From IMG/VR virus record IMGVR_UViG_3300009165_000005: a stretch of 64,000 nt of DNA; one strand, written 5' to 3'. The position numbers were made by a program, and so were the translations under genes. Below the pieces are notes generated by a model, which was given only the letters and a program-made list of their open reading frames with translations, searched no databases and was not told the origin of the DNA. Source of the stretch: a virus (lineage: Duplodnaviria; Heunggongvirae; Uroviricota; Caudoviricetes). Every line of letters begins with the position of its first letter. Position 1 is the stretch's first letter. Below are positions 1 to 11,868 of the stretch, piece by piece.

Positions 1-1307
1 GCCAACTTCTCCAACAACACGTCACCCCATTCCAGGATACCCAGATTGGAGAGCCACTGGGACACTCTGCCGACGACTTGAGCTGAGCACCTATCCCTGT
101 TGGGGCAGACGTGAAACTCCCCTTCCTGAACAACCTCAGCCCCACATGAAGGGCAGGTGGTTGGGGGTTGAAAGAAAAGGTCAGAGTTCACAAGCGTGCC
201 ACGACTCAGATTTGCAACTACCTTTGGGATCACATCCCCAGCCCTTGCAACAAGAATTTTGCAACCCTTAAACAAACCCAGAGTGTTGATGTACTTCCAA
301 TTGTAGAGGCTAGCGTTCTCTATCTTGGTTCCTAGAATATTCACAGGGTCGAAGTTAGCTACTGGAGTGATCCTGCCAGTACCCCCTGTTTGCCAGGTGA
401 TACTACGAAGGACGCTCTCTCGAGTGATCGGAGCGAACTTAAAGGCTACAGCTCCAAGGGGGCGCATGTCCTGCTCACCAAGCATGAACTGCTTCCCAAC
501 ATCATTGATAGCCACCACCAGGCCGTCAATGTCATGGTCCAGCTTGTCTCGTTTGGATTGATGATACTCAACCCAGATATCAAGAGGGGTTTTTGATCCT
601 GGTTGCATTCTTGAGAGGCTCCAACCAGGAGTTGAAAGCCCCATAGACTCGATGAATCGAAACTGATCCGATTCGAATTCCAGCTTAGGCCCACCAAGTA
701 CCTTGTAGAACAGAACACTCAGATGCTCACAGCTTTGCCCATCGTATCGCTTGGAGATCCCACTAGCGGCATTCCTAGTGTTGGAGTACTTGTTAGCAAA
801 GTGCTCGTCGAAGTCAGACTTACGGATGATGATCTCCCCACGAACTAGACAAGTTGTCTTCCGTGGAATCTTGTCAAGTACCCCCTTCATCCTCGCCACG
901 TTGACGGTGATATCTTCTCCAATCTTTCCATCCCCTCGAGTCAGAGCTTGAGTGAGCTTACCATTGACATAACGTACGGATACCGAGATTCCATCCAACT
1001 TCTCAGAGACCAGCAGTTCTTCACCCGGAGCATACGAGGTGATCCATTCGGACATCTCCTCAAGGGTGTTCACCTTGTTCAGAGAACCCATCGGGTAAAG
1101 ATGCTTCACCTTCACCCATTCCGAGACTGGAGGTGCCCCAACCGCCTTGAGGTAATAGCTCACCGCATTCAGGTCAGACAGCTCATCCTTCCAGGCGTCA
1201 TAGACCTCGTCGGATACCGTTGGGGTCCCGTTGTAGTAGTCGTTCTGTGCTTTGGCAAGGAGCTCCTCGAGCTCCTTGATCCTATCTTCTTCTTTGTAGC
1301 TGGTCAT
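1..1307 (-). CDS. ligA: NAD+-dependent DNA ligase (LigA-like), 3' end truncated by the window edge; missing from the ORF track because it runs off the edge
   Basis: Manual translation of the minus strand from the ATG at 1305-1307 gives MTSYKEEDRIKELEELLAKAQNDYYNGTPTVSDEVYDAW... This contains the LigA Ia-domain YY motif, the adenylation motif EKLDGISVSV (KxDG), and a Cys4 zinc finger CPSCG...CPNRDRC. Confidence 0.8.
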   Translation of the reverse strand, partial: MTSYKEEDRIKELEELLAKAQNDYYNGTPTVSDEVYDAWKDELSDLNAVSYYLKAVGAPPVSEWVKVKHLYPMGSLNKVNTLEEMSEWITSYAPGEELLVSEKLDGISVSVRYVNGKLTQALTRGDGKIGEDITVNVARMKGVLDKIPRKTTCLVRGEIIIRKSDFDEHFANKYSNTRNAASGISKRYDGQSCEHLSVLFYKVLGGPKLEFESDQFRFIESMGLSTPGWSLSRMQPGSKTPLDIWVEYHQSKRDKLDHDIDGLVVAINDVGKQFMLGEQDMRPLGAVAFKFAPITRESVLRSITWQTGGTGRITPVANFDPVNILGTKIENASLYNWKYINTLGLFKGCKILVARAGDVIPKVVANLSRGTLVNSDLFFQPPTTCPSCGAEVVQEGEFHVCPNRDRCSAQVVGRVSQWLSNLGILEWGDVLLEKL

Positions 1308-1315
1308 GGGAGTCC

Positions 1316-1588
1316 CTAGTTGGCCTTTGGATCTTCAGTAGGAGCGCCTTGCTCAACAAGAGACTTCTTATGTAGCTCCTCCAAGATAGTAACAGAGGCC
1401 ATGGGGGTAAGAACAAAACGAACCTCTTTCCCGTTCAACAAAGATAGAGGTGCGATTGGATCAAATGAGAAAGGGTCCCCTGTCTTTGAGTCCACAGTTC
1501 GAATGGTCACCTTCCCACTCAAAGGGTCCACCTCGACAACCCCTTCAACGATGTAGATCCCCAAGCTTTTGACATCAATATCTGCCAT
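1316..1588 (-). CDS. hypothetical protein (90 aa)
   Basis: Intact ORF directly upstream of the ligase on the same strand. No recognizable motif; I could not support a GroES call. Confidence 0.4.
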   Translation of the reverse strand: MADIDVKSLGIYIVEGVVEVDPLSGKVTIRTVDSKTGDPFSFDPIAPLSLLNGKEVRFVLTPMASVTILEELHKKSLVEQGAPTEDPKAN

Positions 1589-1700
1589 GTGAACCTCATT
1601 CGGTTGGAGCCGTTAAATTGCCAAGGCTCTCCTTCAGTGACACCAAAAGAGAGCCTTTGTTGGACAGAAATCAGAAGCTAACGGACCGCCAAGTAGACTT

Positions 1701-2354
1701 TCACCTTTCCTCACACGCTATGCCAAAGTCCCTAGCCTTAGTTATGATTCTGCTTACATCTTGAGTACTTGAGAACCTAACCCCAGAATATCTCTGCAAA
1801 AACCACTTTTTCACTCCAGTAGTAACTAAAGAGTCCAGAATAGCTGACAACTCACCCTCAGAATGCCAGTTGTCAATAACAGTGGTCCTAGCTTCACACT
1901 CCACTCGACTTGATATCTTGGTTAAGCACTCTAGAGGTGAAAACCCTTGAAAACCACTACCCAACAACCCTCTGTGTGTACTATAGGGGGTTAGCTTCAC
2001 GTCCACTGCCACATAATCCAACAATTTCTCAGCAACTAAAGCATCCACAACAGAGGGCTGCATCCCATTGGTGTCCAGTTTGACAGAGAAACCCAAGCCC
2101 CTAATTTCCTTAATGAGGGCTACTAAGTCCGGGTCCAAGGTTGGCTCTCCGCCACTGAGGGTAACCCCCGTTAGGAGCCCCCTACGGTTAGCTAAGAACT
2201 CCAGACATGAGGAGTTCGATGCTCCTCCTTTATTGGGGATCAAGTTTGAGTTATGACAGTAGGCACATGACAGGTTACAACCCTGAAAGAACACCACTGC
2301 CGCCAGGTGTCCTGGAAAATCGATGAATGAACAGGGTTGAATACCCCCTATCAC
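1701..2354 (-). CDS. nrdG: anaerobic ribonucleotide reductase activating protein (radical SAM)
   Basis: Radical-SAM motif GCNLSCAYCHN (CxxxCxxC). Small size and position immediately downstream of nrdD. Confidence 0.8.
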   Translation of the reverse strand: MIGGIQPCSFIDFPGHLAAVVFFQGCNLSCAYCHNSNLIPNKGGASNSSCLEFLANRRGLLTGVTLSGGEPTLDPDLVALIKEIRGLGFSVKLDTNGMQPSVVDALVAEKLLDYVAVDVKLTPYSTHRGLLGSGFQGFSPLECLTKISSRVECEARTTVIDNWHSEGELSAILDSLVTTGVKKWFLQRYSGVRFSSTQDVSRIITKARDFGIACEER

Positions 2355-4471
2355 TTGAAGAAGCCCTCAAAAGTACTACGCCCCCTGAACTCATCTTGTT
2401 TACCTTCATTCCACTGAGAGACGGGGCGCAAGTAACCAACCACCCTTGAGTAAACCTCAGTAGCGGATGCGCATGTCGGACACTTAGTAACTTCACCAAC
2501 TAGGTATCCATGTTCTGAACAAATTGAGAAAGTGGGGGTTACGGTGAAGTAGGGTAAACGATAGTTAGTGCAGACCAATTGAACAAACTTCCTCACCAAG
2601 GCGGGATCTTTGACCCTTTCCCCCAACCAAAAGTGAAGAACCGTACCTCCCGTGTACTTAGTCTGGAACTCATCTTGATTCGACAACAACTCAAACGGAT
2701 CTGAGGTGGCCCCTATCGGAGGGAGGGAAGAGTTAGTGTAGGACTCAGGAGACTTCATCCCCGGATACTTCTTCCGATCAAGCTTGGCTAATCGATAGCT
2801 AGTACCTTCAGCAGGAGTGGCCTCCAGATTGAATAGGGACCCCGTAGCTTCCTGGTACCCCAGGATAAGACTCCGAATCCTACTCAGGATATCCAAACCT
2901 AAGTGACGACCGCGCGCTTCTAGCAGGGTGCTTCCTGTCAGATGCACTACAGCCTCATTGAGACCCACCAAACCTATCGTAGCGAAGTGGTTTGCCCAAT
3001 ACTGACCCGTTTGCTGCTTGACCGCTCGAAGGTAGAACTTGGTATAGGGGTACAGCCCCTCATCGGTTAGCTTTTCTAATACCTTTCGTTTGATGAGCAA
3101 ACTGTCACGGGCCTTTTCGAGCAAAGAGGTCAATCGGATGAAGAAATCCTCTTCGTTCGATGCCAAGTACCCCAACCTCGGAAGGTTAATCGTGACTACT
3201 CCAATAGATCCGGTTAGTGGATTTGCCCCAAACAGACCTCCTCCTCTGTACTGCAAGTCCCGGGTATCCAACCTCAACCGGCAACACATGCTTCGGGTAT
3301 CGTCTGGGGATAAGTCAGAATTCACAAAGTTAGCAAAATAAGGTATGCCATACTTAGCTGTAACCTCCCAAAGTTTGTTGTATCGTGGGTGGTTGTAGTC
3401 AAATCCCTGAGTTATGTTGTAGGTGGGAATTGGAAAGGTAAACACTCGACCCTTAGCGTCACCTTCAGACATGACTTCAAGGAACGCTTGATTGAACAGG
3501 TCCATCTCTTTCTGATAATCCCCGTAGGTACTATCCTGGAGCTCTCCACCAATAACTACAGGCTCATCTCGCATTCTACTCGGGACCTCGACATCCAAAG
3601 TAATATTGGTGAAAGGGGTCTGGAAACCAACTCTAGTTGACACATTCAAGTTGTAGATCCACTCTTGAAGAGCCTGCTTTATGGCAGGAAAATCTAGGTG
3701 ATCTCTTGCGATAAACGGGGCCAATAGCGTATCCACTGAGGAGAACGCTTGAGCGCCGGCTGTTTCACCTTGAAGGGTATAGAAGAAGTTTGTGATCTGC
3801 CCTAGAGCAGATTTGAAGTGCTTCGGAGGAGAACTCTCAATTTTACCAGAGACTCCTCGAAACCCTTCCCTAAGTAGGTCAGACAAGTCCCACCCAACAC
3901 AATACCCGGCAAGAAGACCTAGGTCATGTATGTGGAAATCCCCATTATCCTGTAATTCCCTGATATCTTGTGGGTAGACTCTCTCAACCCAATACTTTTT
4001 GGTGATCTCCGAGAACACATAGTTGTTAAGCCCCTGCAGGCTGTATGACATATTGGCGTTCTCCCTGACCTTCCAGTCCTCTTTCATCAAGTAGGAGTCG
4101 ATCAGATTAGCACTCAGAGAGGACGTTAGCTCTCGAACGAACCTTCGCTTTTCGCGATATAGGAGGTAAGCCCGTGCCACTTTGAAGTAACCGAGACTGA
4201 ATAGCACCTCCTCCACTCTATCCTGGATCTCCTCAACTGTTACTGTTTCCTGAAGACGACCTATCACGGTCTCAACTATCCTAGACAGATCCGAAGAAGC
4301 AAGGTGGAATTCAATTGAGTTAGCAGCTTTCTGGATAGCTTCTTTGATTCTGGTGGCGGAGAACTCCTGAAGGGTTCCGTCCCTCTTGATAATGAAGCCA
4401 GGTTCGGTTTCGATAGCAGGAAGTTTCACCAAGTTCAGCATCAGACCGACTCCTTTAGGACGCAAGGTCAT
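2351..4471 (-). CDS. nrdD: anaerobic ribonucleoside-triphosphate reductase, class III
   Basis: 706 aa. N-terminal ATP-cone. C-terminal Zn ribbon CPTCAS plus a glycyl-radical motif SRVVGYLRP. Overlaps nrdG by 4 nt. Confidence 0.85.
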   Translation of the reverse strand: MTLRPKGVGLMLNLVKLPAIETEPGFIIKRDGTLQEFSATRIKEAIQKAANSIEFHLASSDLSRIVETVIGRLQETVTVEEIQDRVEEVLFSLGYFKVARAYLLYREKRRFVRELTSSLSANLIDSYLMKEDWKVRENANMSYSLQGLNNYVFSEITKKYWVERVYPQDIRELQDNGDFHIHDLGLLAGYCVGWDLSDLLREGFRGVSGKIESSPPKHFKSALGQITNFFYTLQGETAGAQAFSSVDTLLAPFIARDHLDFPAIKQALQEWIYNLNVSTRVGFQTPFTNITLDVEVPSRMRDEPVVIGGELQDSTYGDYQKEMDLFNQAFLEVMSEGDAKGRVFTFPIPTYNITQGFDYNHPRYNKLWEVTAKYGIPYFANFVNSDLSPDDTRSMCCRLRLDTRDLQYRGGGLFGANPLTGSIGVVTINLPRLGYLASNEEDFFIRLTSLLEKARDSLLIKRKVLEKLTDEGLYPYTKFYLRAVKQQTGQYWANHFATIGLVGLNEAVVHLTGSTLLEARGRHLGLDILSRIRSLILGYQEATGSLFNLEATPAEGTSYRLAKLDRKKYPGMKSPESYTNSSLPPIGATSDPFELLSNQDEFQTKYTGGTVLHFWLGERVKDPALVRKFVQLVCTNYRLPYFTVTPTFSICSEHGYLVGEVTKCPTCASATEVYSRVVGYLRPVSQWNEGKQDEFRGRSTFEGFFK

Positions 4472-5432
4472 ACACAGCCAACTCGATGAGAGTTCTTCGG
4501 TGGCTAGTACGTTTCAGATCTACATCTAATCTGGATAGCATCTGCATATTGCTAACTAGCCTCGTAGTGGTCTGCTTCTCAGCTTGAGGCAATACGGACA
4601 GCTTGAAACGATAGGGATGCATGCCTAGACGGCCTGCTACCTCATCGTGAGTGGTCCCCTTATCCAACATCGAACGAGCAACGAATAGACGCTCTACACC
4701 CTTAATCAAAGCCCCCAGAATCATCAAGGAAGGGTCTTCAGTAGCGTACTTGAAAATGGTTGAGACCTGATGCAAAGCCTTCTTCCAATTCCGATTAAAC
4801 ACGGAATCAGCTACATCCCAAGAGGCTACTGTACTCGAAGGGGTCATGACAAGAGACAGATGCTCTCGAGTGACTTCACCTCTACCTACCAACAATCTAA
4901 GCTTTTGAAGCTCACTTGATTGGCGATACAAGTCGTCACCCGCAACCTGGAACATGTCTGATGCTACTCTCTGATCGAGCTTCAGACCGAGCTTGGTGGC
5001 TTCCTCTTGGAGCCACTTCACAACTTCATTGTTGTTCTCCCAGGTCTTGAACTTCTTGTACTCTCGAACCGTCGCTTTCGGTCCTAACTTAGCCCAAACA
5101 CCTGAAACAGAAGCGGAGCGAAACACGACAACAAGAATTGCTGATAGGTCCTTAGGGTCCAAGTCATCGAGATACCCCTTGAGCCCCTTCTCCACCTTCA
5201 GCTTGTTGGCATTGTCAACGATCACTAGATTCGTTGGAGAATTGTCTAGATCATCGAAGTTGATCTGAGACGAAACTAGAGCACTCATCACCTTCGATGA
5301 ACCGACTTCAGACCCCTCGAGCTTAGTGACAGCGAAGCCACTAGCCCCACTGAACATCTTGATGTCCCGATCGAGAAAGAAGTCCTCCTCACCAAAAGAC
5401 ACGACTACTGGGGTAGTGAACCTGAATCCCAT
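4455..5432 (-). CDS. clamp-loader small/delta-like subunit (putative)
   Basis: 325-aa ORF immediately downstream of the AAA+ clamp-loader subunit, in the order seen for gp44/gp62-type pairs. Assignment is by context only. Confidence 0.35.
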   Translation of the reverse strand: MGFRFTTPVVVSFGEEDFFLDRDIKMFSGASGFAVTKLEGSEVGSSKVMSALVSSQINFDDLDNSPTNLVIVDNANKLKVEKGLKGYLDDLDPKDLSAILVVVFRSASVSGVWAKLGPKATVREYKKFKTWENNNEVVKWLQEEATKLGLKLDQRVASDMFQVAGDDLYRQSSELQKLRLLVGRGEVTREHLSLVMTPSSTVASWDVADSVFNRNWKKALHQVSTIFKYATEDPSLMILGALIKGVERLFVARSMLDKGTTHDEVAGRLGMHPYRFKLSVLPQAEKQTTTRLVSNMQMLSRLDVDLKRTSHRRTLIELAVYDLAS

Positions 5433-5435
5433 GGC

Positions 5436-6470
5436 TCACTCACCACAGAAGGTTGAAGCTAACGTGGTTTTTAGCTGGAATCCTAGGTTAACGTACGAGG
5501 ACTCATTGCGGTCGTTAACTATGCGTAAGCCATCCCAGAGGGTATTCCAAGTTGTGGTCTTTACGCTGGATCTCATAGAAGACAACTCTTCCTCGATGTC
5601 CCGATTAACGACCCTGGACTGGTCTACAGCCCCAACAAGTACATCATGCACTAGGAAAGTCAGGAACTTGAGAACGAGGTTGAGGTCCTTATTCACCTCG
5701 TCAATTACGGAGAATGCAGACGAAACATCACCGTTAGCGCTGGCTTCCAACATAGTAAGCGCACGATCTCTCAGCGTGAGGCGGTTAGAACCCCAGTACT
5801 TTATGGCTCGGCCTACCGAACCTTCTCCTAGGCGAGTATAGACAAGAGCTTTACCGGAGTCCTTCTCGAACTGAGAAATCCTTTGAAGTACGAAGGATTC
5901 AGGTAGCCGTCGGAAGTTCACCCTACCGCATCGAGAACGAATCGTAGGGAGCACTCGATCGAAGGACTCAGCTAGAAGAAAAAACCTAGATAGCGCTGGG
6001 GGCTCTTCGAGTTTCTTGAGGATCGCATTCGAGGCCGCTGGAGTCATCCGATCCGCCCCATCTACAATGAAGAACCGATGTGGAGCAGAAATAGGAAGCA
6101 TGATGGATCGATCTAGGATGTCCCGAATGGGCTCTACTCCTATCTCTTTCTCATCCGGTGATGAAATAGTAACCACATCAGGGTGAGTGCCATTCCTGAC
6201 CTGAATAGCCTCTGGGCTATTCTCCCCTCTCTTGGCCACCACCATCTCTAAGATGGTCTCCATCACTGAGAATCGACGCCCTGTACCCTCATCCCCAACT
6301 AGTAGCAAAGGCTTGTCTACTTGACCCGCTACAAACCGACGAAGATACCTGACAGCTTCTTCTTGGCCAACTATATCACTCAACACTTTCCACCGAAGAA
6401 GGGAGGGATAGCTCGTATTTCTTCGGATCAATCGGGTCCAAGAACACACAAACTCTGTAGTTCTGACCAC
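5436..6470 (-). CDS. AAA+ clamp-loader subunit (gamma/delta'-like) with a degenerate Walker A
   Basis: LLLVGDEGTGRR replaces the GxxGxGKT P-loop. Walker-B-like FFIVDGADRM. SRC motif TIRSRCGRV is characteristic of clamp loaders. Confidence 0.6.
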   Translation of the reverse strand: MVRTTEFVCSWTRLIRRNTSYPSLLRWKVLSDIVGQEEAVRYLRRFVAGQVDKPLLLVGDEGTGRRFSVMETILEMVVAKRGENSPEAIQVRNGTHPDVVTISSPDEKEIGVEPIRDILDRSIMLPISAPHRFFIVDGADRMTPAASNAILKKLEEPPALSRFFLLAESFDRVLPTIRSRCGRVNFRRLPESFVLQRISQFEKDSGKALVYTRLGEGSVGRAIKYWGSNRLTLRDRALTMLEASANGDVSSAFSVIDEVNKDLNLVLKFLTFLVHDVLVGAVDQSRVVNRDIEEELSSMRSSVKTTTWNTLWDGLRIVNDRNESSYVNLGFQLKTTLASTFCGE

Positions 6471-6573
6471 ACTTCACACAAACTAACCGTGTGACTTCCT
6501 GACCGCTTGATCCGAGAGTGCCTCCACAGCCTTCTCGAATACACCGCATGACTCCCAGGTTTGGGTCGCTCAT
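6376..6573 (-). CDS. small zinc-ribbon protein (putative)
   Basis: Two CxxC pairs (CIREGCGG...CVKCG). Starts MSD like its neighbour. Overlaps the clamp-loader N-terminus in another frame, so one of the two starts is probably misassigned. Confidence 0.3.
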   Translation of the reverse strand: MSDPNLGVMRCIREGCGGTLGSSGQEVTRLVCVKCGQNYRVCVFLDPIDPKKYELSLPSSVESVE

Positions 6574-6603
6574 TGTCGAACCAATCCTTTACGCGACAGA
6601 AAA

Positions 6604-6840
6604 CTAGAATGCTGCGTACCCACCAGTTGACACCCCCCAAACATGCTTGCACTCAACGCACTGATAGGTTCGATGGTGCGGGGCCCCTTGAGTTTCATTC
6701 GTAGGCTGAGGAGTGATCTGAATTGCCCTAACAGACTTGCACCTGCTATTGGGGCACTTAAGATGAATGATCTTCGGCTCGGATTCACATTTACTGGACA
6801 ACCCAGGGTTGACACCTTGTGCATTGAATCTGTCTGACAT
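6604..6840 (-). CDS. small zinc-ribbon protein (putative)
   Basis: CPNSRC...CVECKH motif; paralog-like to the 6376-6573 ORF. Confidence 0.35.
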   Translation of the reverse strand: MSDRFNAQGVNPGLSSKCESEPKIIHLKCPNSRCKSVRAIQITPQPTNETQGAPHHRTYQCVECKHVWGVSTGGYAAF

Positions 6841-6848
6841 TTGGATAG

Positions 6849-7235
6849 CTATATCGATTGAGGAAATTCTACTGTGAACAGTCGATTGAGTATCGTAAGA
6901 ATGCGCTCATAAAGCCCATCTGTAAGATCAATGATAGAGGCATCCGCCAATGTAGAGGGCCGATCCACGAATAAGGTGGGGTTCGGCACAAGGGTCTGGT
7001 CGAAGGTACCATTCGTGACGTACGGGAGAATCTTGACCCAGTCATCCCATCGGATGACAACATCAAGGACACCAGGATTGACCAGACGAACATAGGCGAC
7101 GTCATTGAGTACACCCTTGGTAACTTGAGCCTGACGGTGATAATAAGCCGCCATGGCTTTCGCTACCTCCGGAGTATCAGCTCTGGTGAGCCTCTCAGGA
7201 CGTCGCCCTGCTATCTTGAAAAGTCTCTGGTCCAC
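6849..7235 (-). CDS. hypothetical protein (128 aa)
   Basis: Intact ORF in a minus-strand gene run. Confidence 0.4.
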   Translation of the reverse strand: MDQRLFKIAGRRPERLTRADTPEVAKAMAAYYHRQAQVTKGVLNDVAYVRLVNPGVLDVVIRWDDWVKILPYVTNGTFDQTLVPNPTLFVDRPSTLADASIIDLTDGLYERILTILNRLFTVEFPQSI

Positions 7236-7270
7236 ACTTGGGTCCAGAGATAACTAAATCAGGTAGGGGA

Positions 7271-8935
<1,665 letters not shown>

Positions 8936-8964
8936 CTAATACACCAGTAAAACCCAAGGTGCAG

Positions 8965-9351
8965 TTACTTGGGCTTCCTAGCCTCTTGAACCACTGAAGC
9001 TATCTCATCAGGATCCAAGTGCGGGGGGTCCGGTGGACCATAGGTTTTTGAATACGCTATCTCGTGAACCCGCTGTTGATTCAAATCCCCACTTCGACGA
9101 ACCCAAACCCCAGCATTTGGAACTTGGTACTTTCGATTCTCCAGCCAACCTAAAGCATCAAGAAGAACAAGCTGCGAAGTCAAACCATCCCCAGACCAAA
9201 GTTCTACTCCCCCTTGCCAGATAGACGACTCCCAAGACATGTGATCCTCAGAAGGACCAAACCGGAATACCCACCCTGGCTCCAAACGAAGGGTGACTTC
9301 ATCCTTGATTCGCTCTTCATCCCAAGTGGTGACTTCGATGTCAAGACTCAT
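8965..9351 (-). CDS. hypothetical protein (128 aa)
   Basis: Intact ORF; overlaps the next gene by 4 nt. Confidence 0.4.
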   Translation of the reverse strand: MSLDIEVTTWDEERIKDEVTLRLEPGWVFRFGPSEDHMSWESSIWQGGVELWSGDGLTSQLVLLDALGWLENRKYQVPNAGVWVRRSGDLNQQRVHEIAYSKTYGPPDPPHLDPDEIASVVQEARKPK

Positions 9352-9947
9352 ACCAAACCAAGATCCATAGCTAGATCAGTGTTTTCTGGAAAGTCCAATC
9401 TCCGCTCAGCCAAACACTCCTGAATCGTCAGATTAGGCTGCAACTTGCATTGACGATCGTAGAGCACCGTGTAGACAGCAGCTGCTAGATTGACACAATG
9501 ACGCGTGGGAATCACTACGAACCGCTGGCAATGCTGCAAGTACATCTGCGGGATAGAGCCATCCTCAGGACCAAACAAATAGAGAGCATTTTCCGGATGC
9601 TCGAACTGAGGTAGACTCTCCGAGTTTGGACGGAGTTCAACAGCCACTGGAGTTGCATCATTGAACTGGTCGAAGAGCCGATCATAATGTCGTAATTCGA
9701 CATTACGATAGCCTTTCATCCGTTCCTCACGTGGAAGACGTTTCGCCCCCTTGAGGCCAAGGCTGATCCGATCCCCGGTGAACCATACCTGCTTGGCGCC
9801 ATAACACGAAGCCGCCCGCAAAGCAGCTCCAACATTGTGTGGGAACTTAGGGTTTATGAGAGCAATAGCTGGAGTAAACCCAAGAGGCTTCGAGTTCTTC
9901 CCGTAAATCTCAGGTACCGAACTCGCTGATGTACTTTGGATCGACAT
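9348..9947 (-). CDS. SpoU/TrmH-family RNA 2'-O-methyltransferase (SPOUT)
   Basis: Three SPOUT motifs in order: NVGAALRAASCYGA, ALYLFGPEDGSIP, VVIPTRHCVNLAAAVYTVLYD. Confidence 0.7.
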   Translation of the reverse strand: MSIQSTSASSVPEIYGKNSKPLGFTPAIALINPKFPHNVGAALRAASCYGAKQVWFTGDRISLGLKGAKRLPREERMKGYRNVELRHYDRLFDQFNDATPVAVELRPNSESLPQFEHPENALYLFGPEDGSIPQMYLQHCQRFVVIPTRHCVNLAAAVYTVLYDRQCKLQPNLTIQECLAERRLDFPENTDLAMDLGLV

Positions 9948-10446
9948 AATCTGTCAACCATACACCATTACCTGTCAGATAGAACTTGATTCCATCTCGA
10001 CTCATAGCTCTTGAATCGATAACCAACAACCTTGGACTCGAACGACGCTTAGCTACAATCTCCGCAGTCTGCACATCCAGTGACATGTGAACGTGATGCC
10101 GTTGCATCTTCTTCAGGCCTTGGATCTTGATGATCGGAATGTTCTGCTTCGAAGTACCATGGTAGAGGATCTCGGGTGGAATTACCTCTTGGTAACCAAG
10201 ATCTACGGCAATAGAATGTCCCTGACGAGCCCTGATGTGACAACCATCTTCGGAGTACTCAAATCGGTTCTTATTGTTCTCCGATACGATCTGATCCAAT
10301 TCCTCTTTCCGGAGATGCAAGGCAGACAGGATAGCTGAGATAGGGGTCCATCCAGCCGCAGTGAGTGTTACGCCCGCCGAAGCTGGATCATGTCGAAGGA
10401 CCTTACTTAGAAACCTACTCTTCTTGGTCAACCACTTGGAATCCAC
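9910..10446 (-). CDS. kptA: RNA 2'-phosphotransferase Tpt1/KptA
   Basis: VLRHDPASAGVTLTAAGW N-terminal signature, HGTS motif and RRHHVHMS motif typical of the Tpt1 family. Confidence 0.75.
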   Translation of the reverse strand: MDSKWLTKKSRFLSKVLRHDPASAGVTLTAAGWTPISAILSALHLRKEELDQIVSENNKNRFEYSEDGCHIRARQGHSIAVDLGYQEVIPPEILYHGTSKQNIPIIKIQGLKKMQRHHVHMSLDVQTAEIVAKRRSSPRLLVIDSRAMSRDGIKFYLTGNGVWLTDYVDPKYISEFGT

Positions 10447-11850
10447 CTAGTCACTACCTTTCAAATTGGCAACTGGATAGAGTCGATGAGCTATCCTAGC
10501 TACTCCATTGGCCTCAAGAACTACGAGCACTTCATCCAAGTCTTTGTAACAATGCGAACATTCATCCAGAGGGGTATGAGCGTGATTTCCAACAATACCT
10601 TCAATTTTCACCCCAGCGAACTCGCGTTGGATGGACTTCATTTCCTCGTCAATCCAAAGTTGTTTGTGCTCCAGCTTCCGCTTAGCTTCCCCACGAGCCA
10701 TCTTCCTACCAGATCCATGATTGACGGAGCATGCAGTCTGATAGGCTCCAGGCTCCGCAAATAAGATTGCAGCCCCGTCCATCATTGAACCAGGGATTAA
10801 GCAGGGATGTCCAGTCGTCTCCCACTTGGTCCCGACGAGATCTGGATGGCCTGCGGGGAAGGCGCGAGTAGCTCCCTTTCGATGGACGAATCCGCGTTTG
10901 GTAGTGCCATCGGGGAGTACTAGGGTCTCCTCCTGAACTAAGTTGTGTGAGATCTCGTAGTAGACCTCGGAGTCCGCATTGAAGACCTCTTGGAGGGCCT
11001 CCTGAATTCCGTGAACGATGACATGCCGATTGGCAATGGCAAAGTTGGCCGCACTATTGTGGTACGCCCAGTATTCCTTACCGAGAGGTTCGTCGATGTA
11101 AAGCCATGAATCCTCTCGACGATTGGAGGACAAACCTCGAAGGTCAGCACCCTCATAGAAGTAGTGATTGGCCGTCTGCCAACCATACCCGCGGGAACCG
11201 CAATGGACCATGACGAATACCTCTCCAGTATCTCGGTCGGCCTGCAGTTCAAGAAAGTGATTTCCCCCGCCCACCGAACCCATTTGAGGGATTACTTTGG
11301 AGTAGGCTCTCTCGATCTTCGTGAAGTCAATTCCTTGAGGGACAGGGATGTATTGACGTTCGCAAAGGTCAGCAGGAACCCCAAGAGCCTTGGCTCCATA
11401 TCGGAGGATCTCTTGAGCTTCATTGTTGTCAAAGACGGGCATGAGTTTGGGACGAACTGAACCCACTCCGGTCGCAATTCGCTTCTCAACCTCTTGAATC
11501 CAAATCTCGCGCTTGTGCCAACTCCTGACCGCATTTGCCGAAAGATTAACCTTAAGGCACAAAACCCCGCAAGACACGTCGTACCCTGATCCAGCCTGAA
11601 TGAGAGTGTTTTCGGTGACAAGGACGCACCCGATAGGAACCCCGAAACCAGAGTGTCCATCAGGCATCAAGTAAGCGCCGATAATTCCATCGTAAGATGC
11701 ACCGTTGGCAAGCTGACTCCAGAGACTCTCTTCGCTTGCAGCGTAAAGCTCATCGGAGAAAAAGGCGTGGGCTTCCACCTTCATTGATCCGCAACGCGGA
11801 AGAACGTAGTGGGCGTCACCGACTTTCTGGGCCTGATATTTGAAGGACAT
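10447..11850 (-). CDS. rtcB: RNA-splicing ligase RtcB (3'-phosphate/5'-hydroxyl RNA ligase)
   Basis: 467 aa with RtcB metal-binding motifs (HCGSRGYGWQ, GGGNHFLELQ, SVNHGSGR). Confidence 0.85.
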   Translation of the reverse strand: MSFKYQAQKVGDAHYVLPRCGSMKVEAHAFFSDELYAASEESLWSQLANGASYDGIIGAYLMPDGHSGFGVPIGCVLVTENTLIQAGSGYDVSCGVLCLKVNLSANAVRSWHKREIWIQEVEKRIATGVGSVRPKLMPVFDNNEAQEILRYGAKALGVPADLCERQYIPVPQGIDFTKIERAYSKVIPQMGSVGGGNHFLELQADRDTGEVFVMVHCGSRGYGWQTANHYFYEGADLRGLSSNRREDSWLYIDEPLGKEYWAYHNSAANFAIANRHVIVHGIQEALQEVFNADSEVYYEISHNLVQEETLVLPDGTTKRGFVHRKGATRAFPAGHPDLVGTKWETTGHPCLIPGSMMDGAAILFAEPGAYQTACSVNHGSGRKMARGEAKRKLEHKQLWIDEEMKSIQREFAGVKIEGIVGNHAHTPLDECSHCYKDLDEVLVVLEANGVARIAHRLYPVANLKGSD

Positions 11851-11868
11851 TTTGCTTGATTACACCGG

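Noticed and set aside
325-1319. Five plus/minus ORFs (325-561, 390-596, 446-718, 751-951, 948-1319)
   Set aside because: They lie inside the minus-strand NAD+ ligase reading frame region and have no motifs. They are shadow ORFs of the window-edge-truncated ligase gene, which the ORF track omitted.
1316-1588. Possible GroES co-chaperonin (90 aa, near groEL)
   Set aside because: No mobile-loop or GroES-like sequence. Only size and vicinity suggested it, so it is kept as hypothetical.
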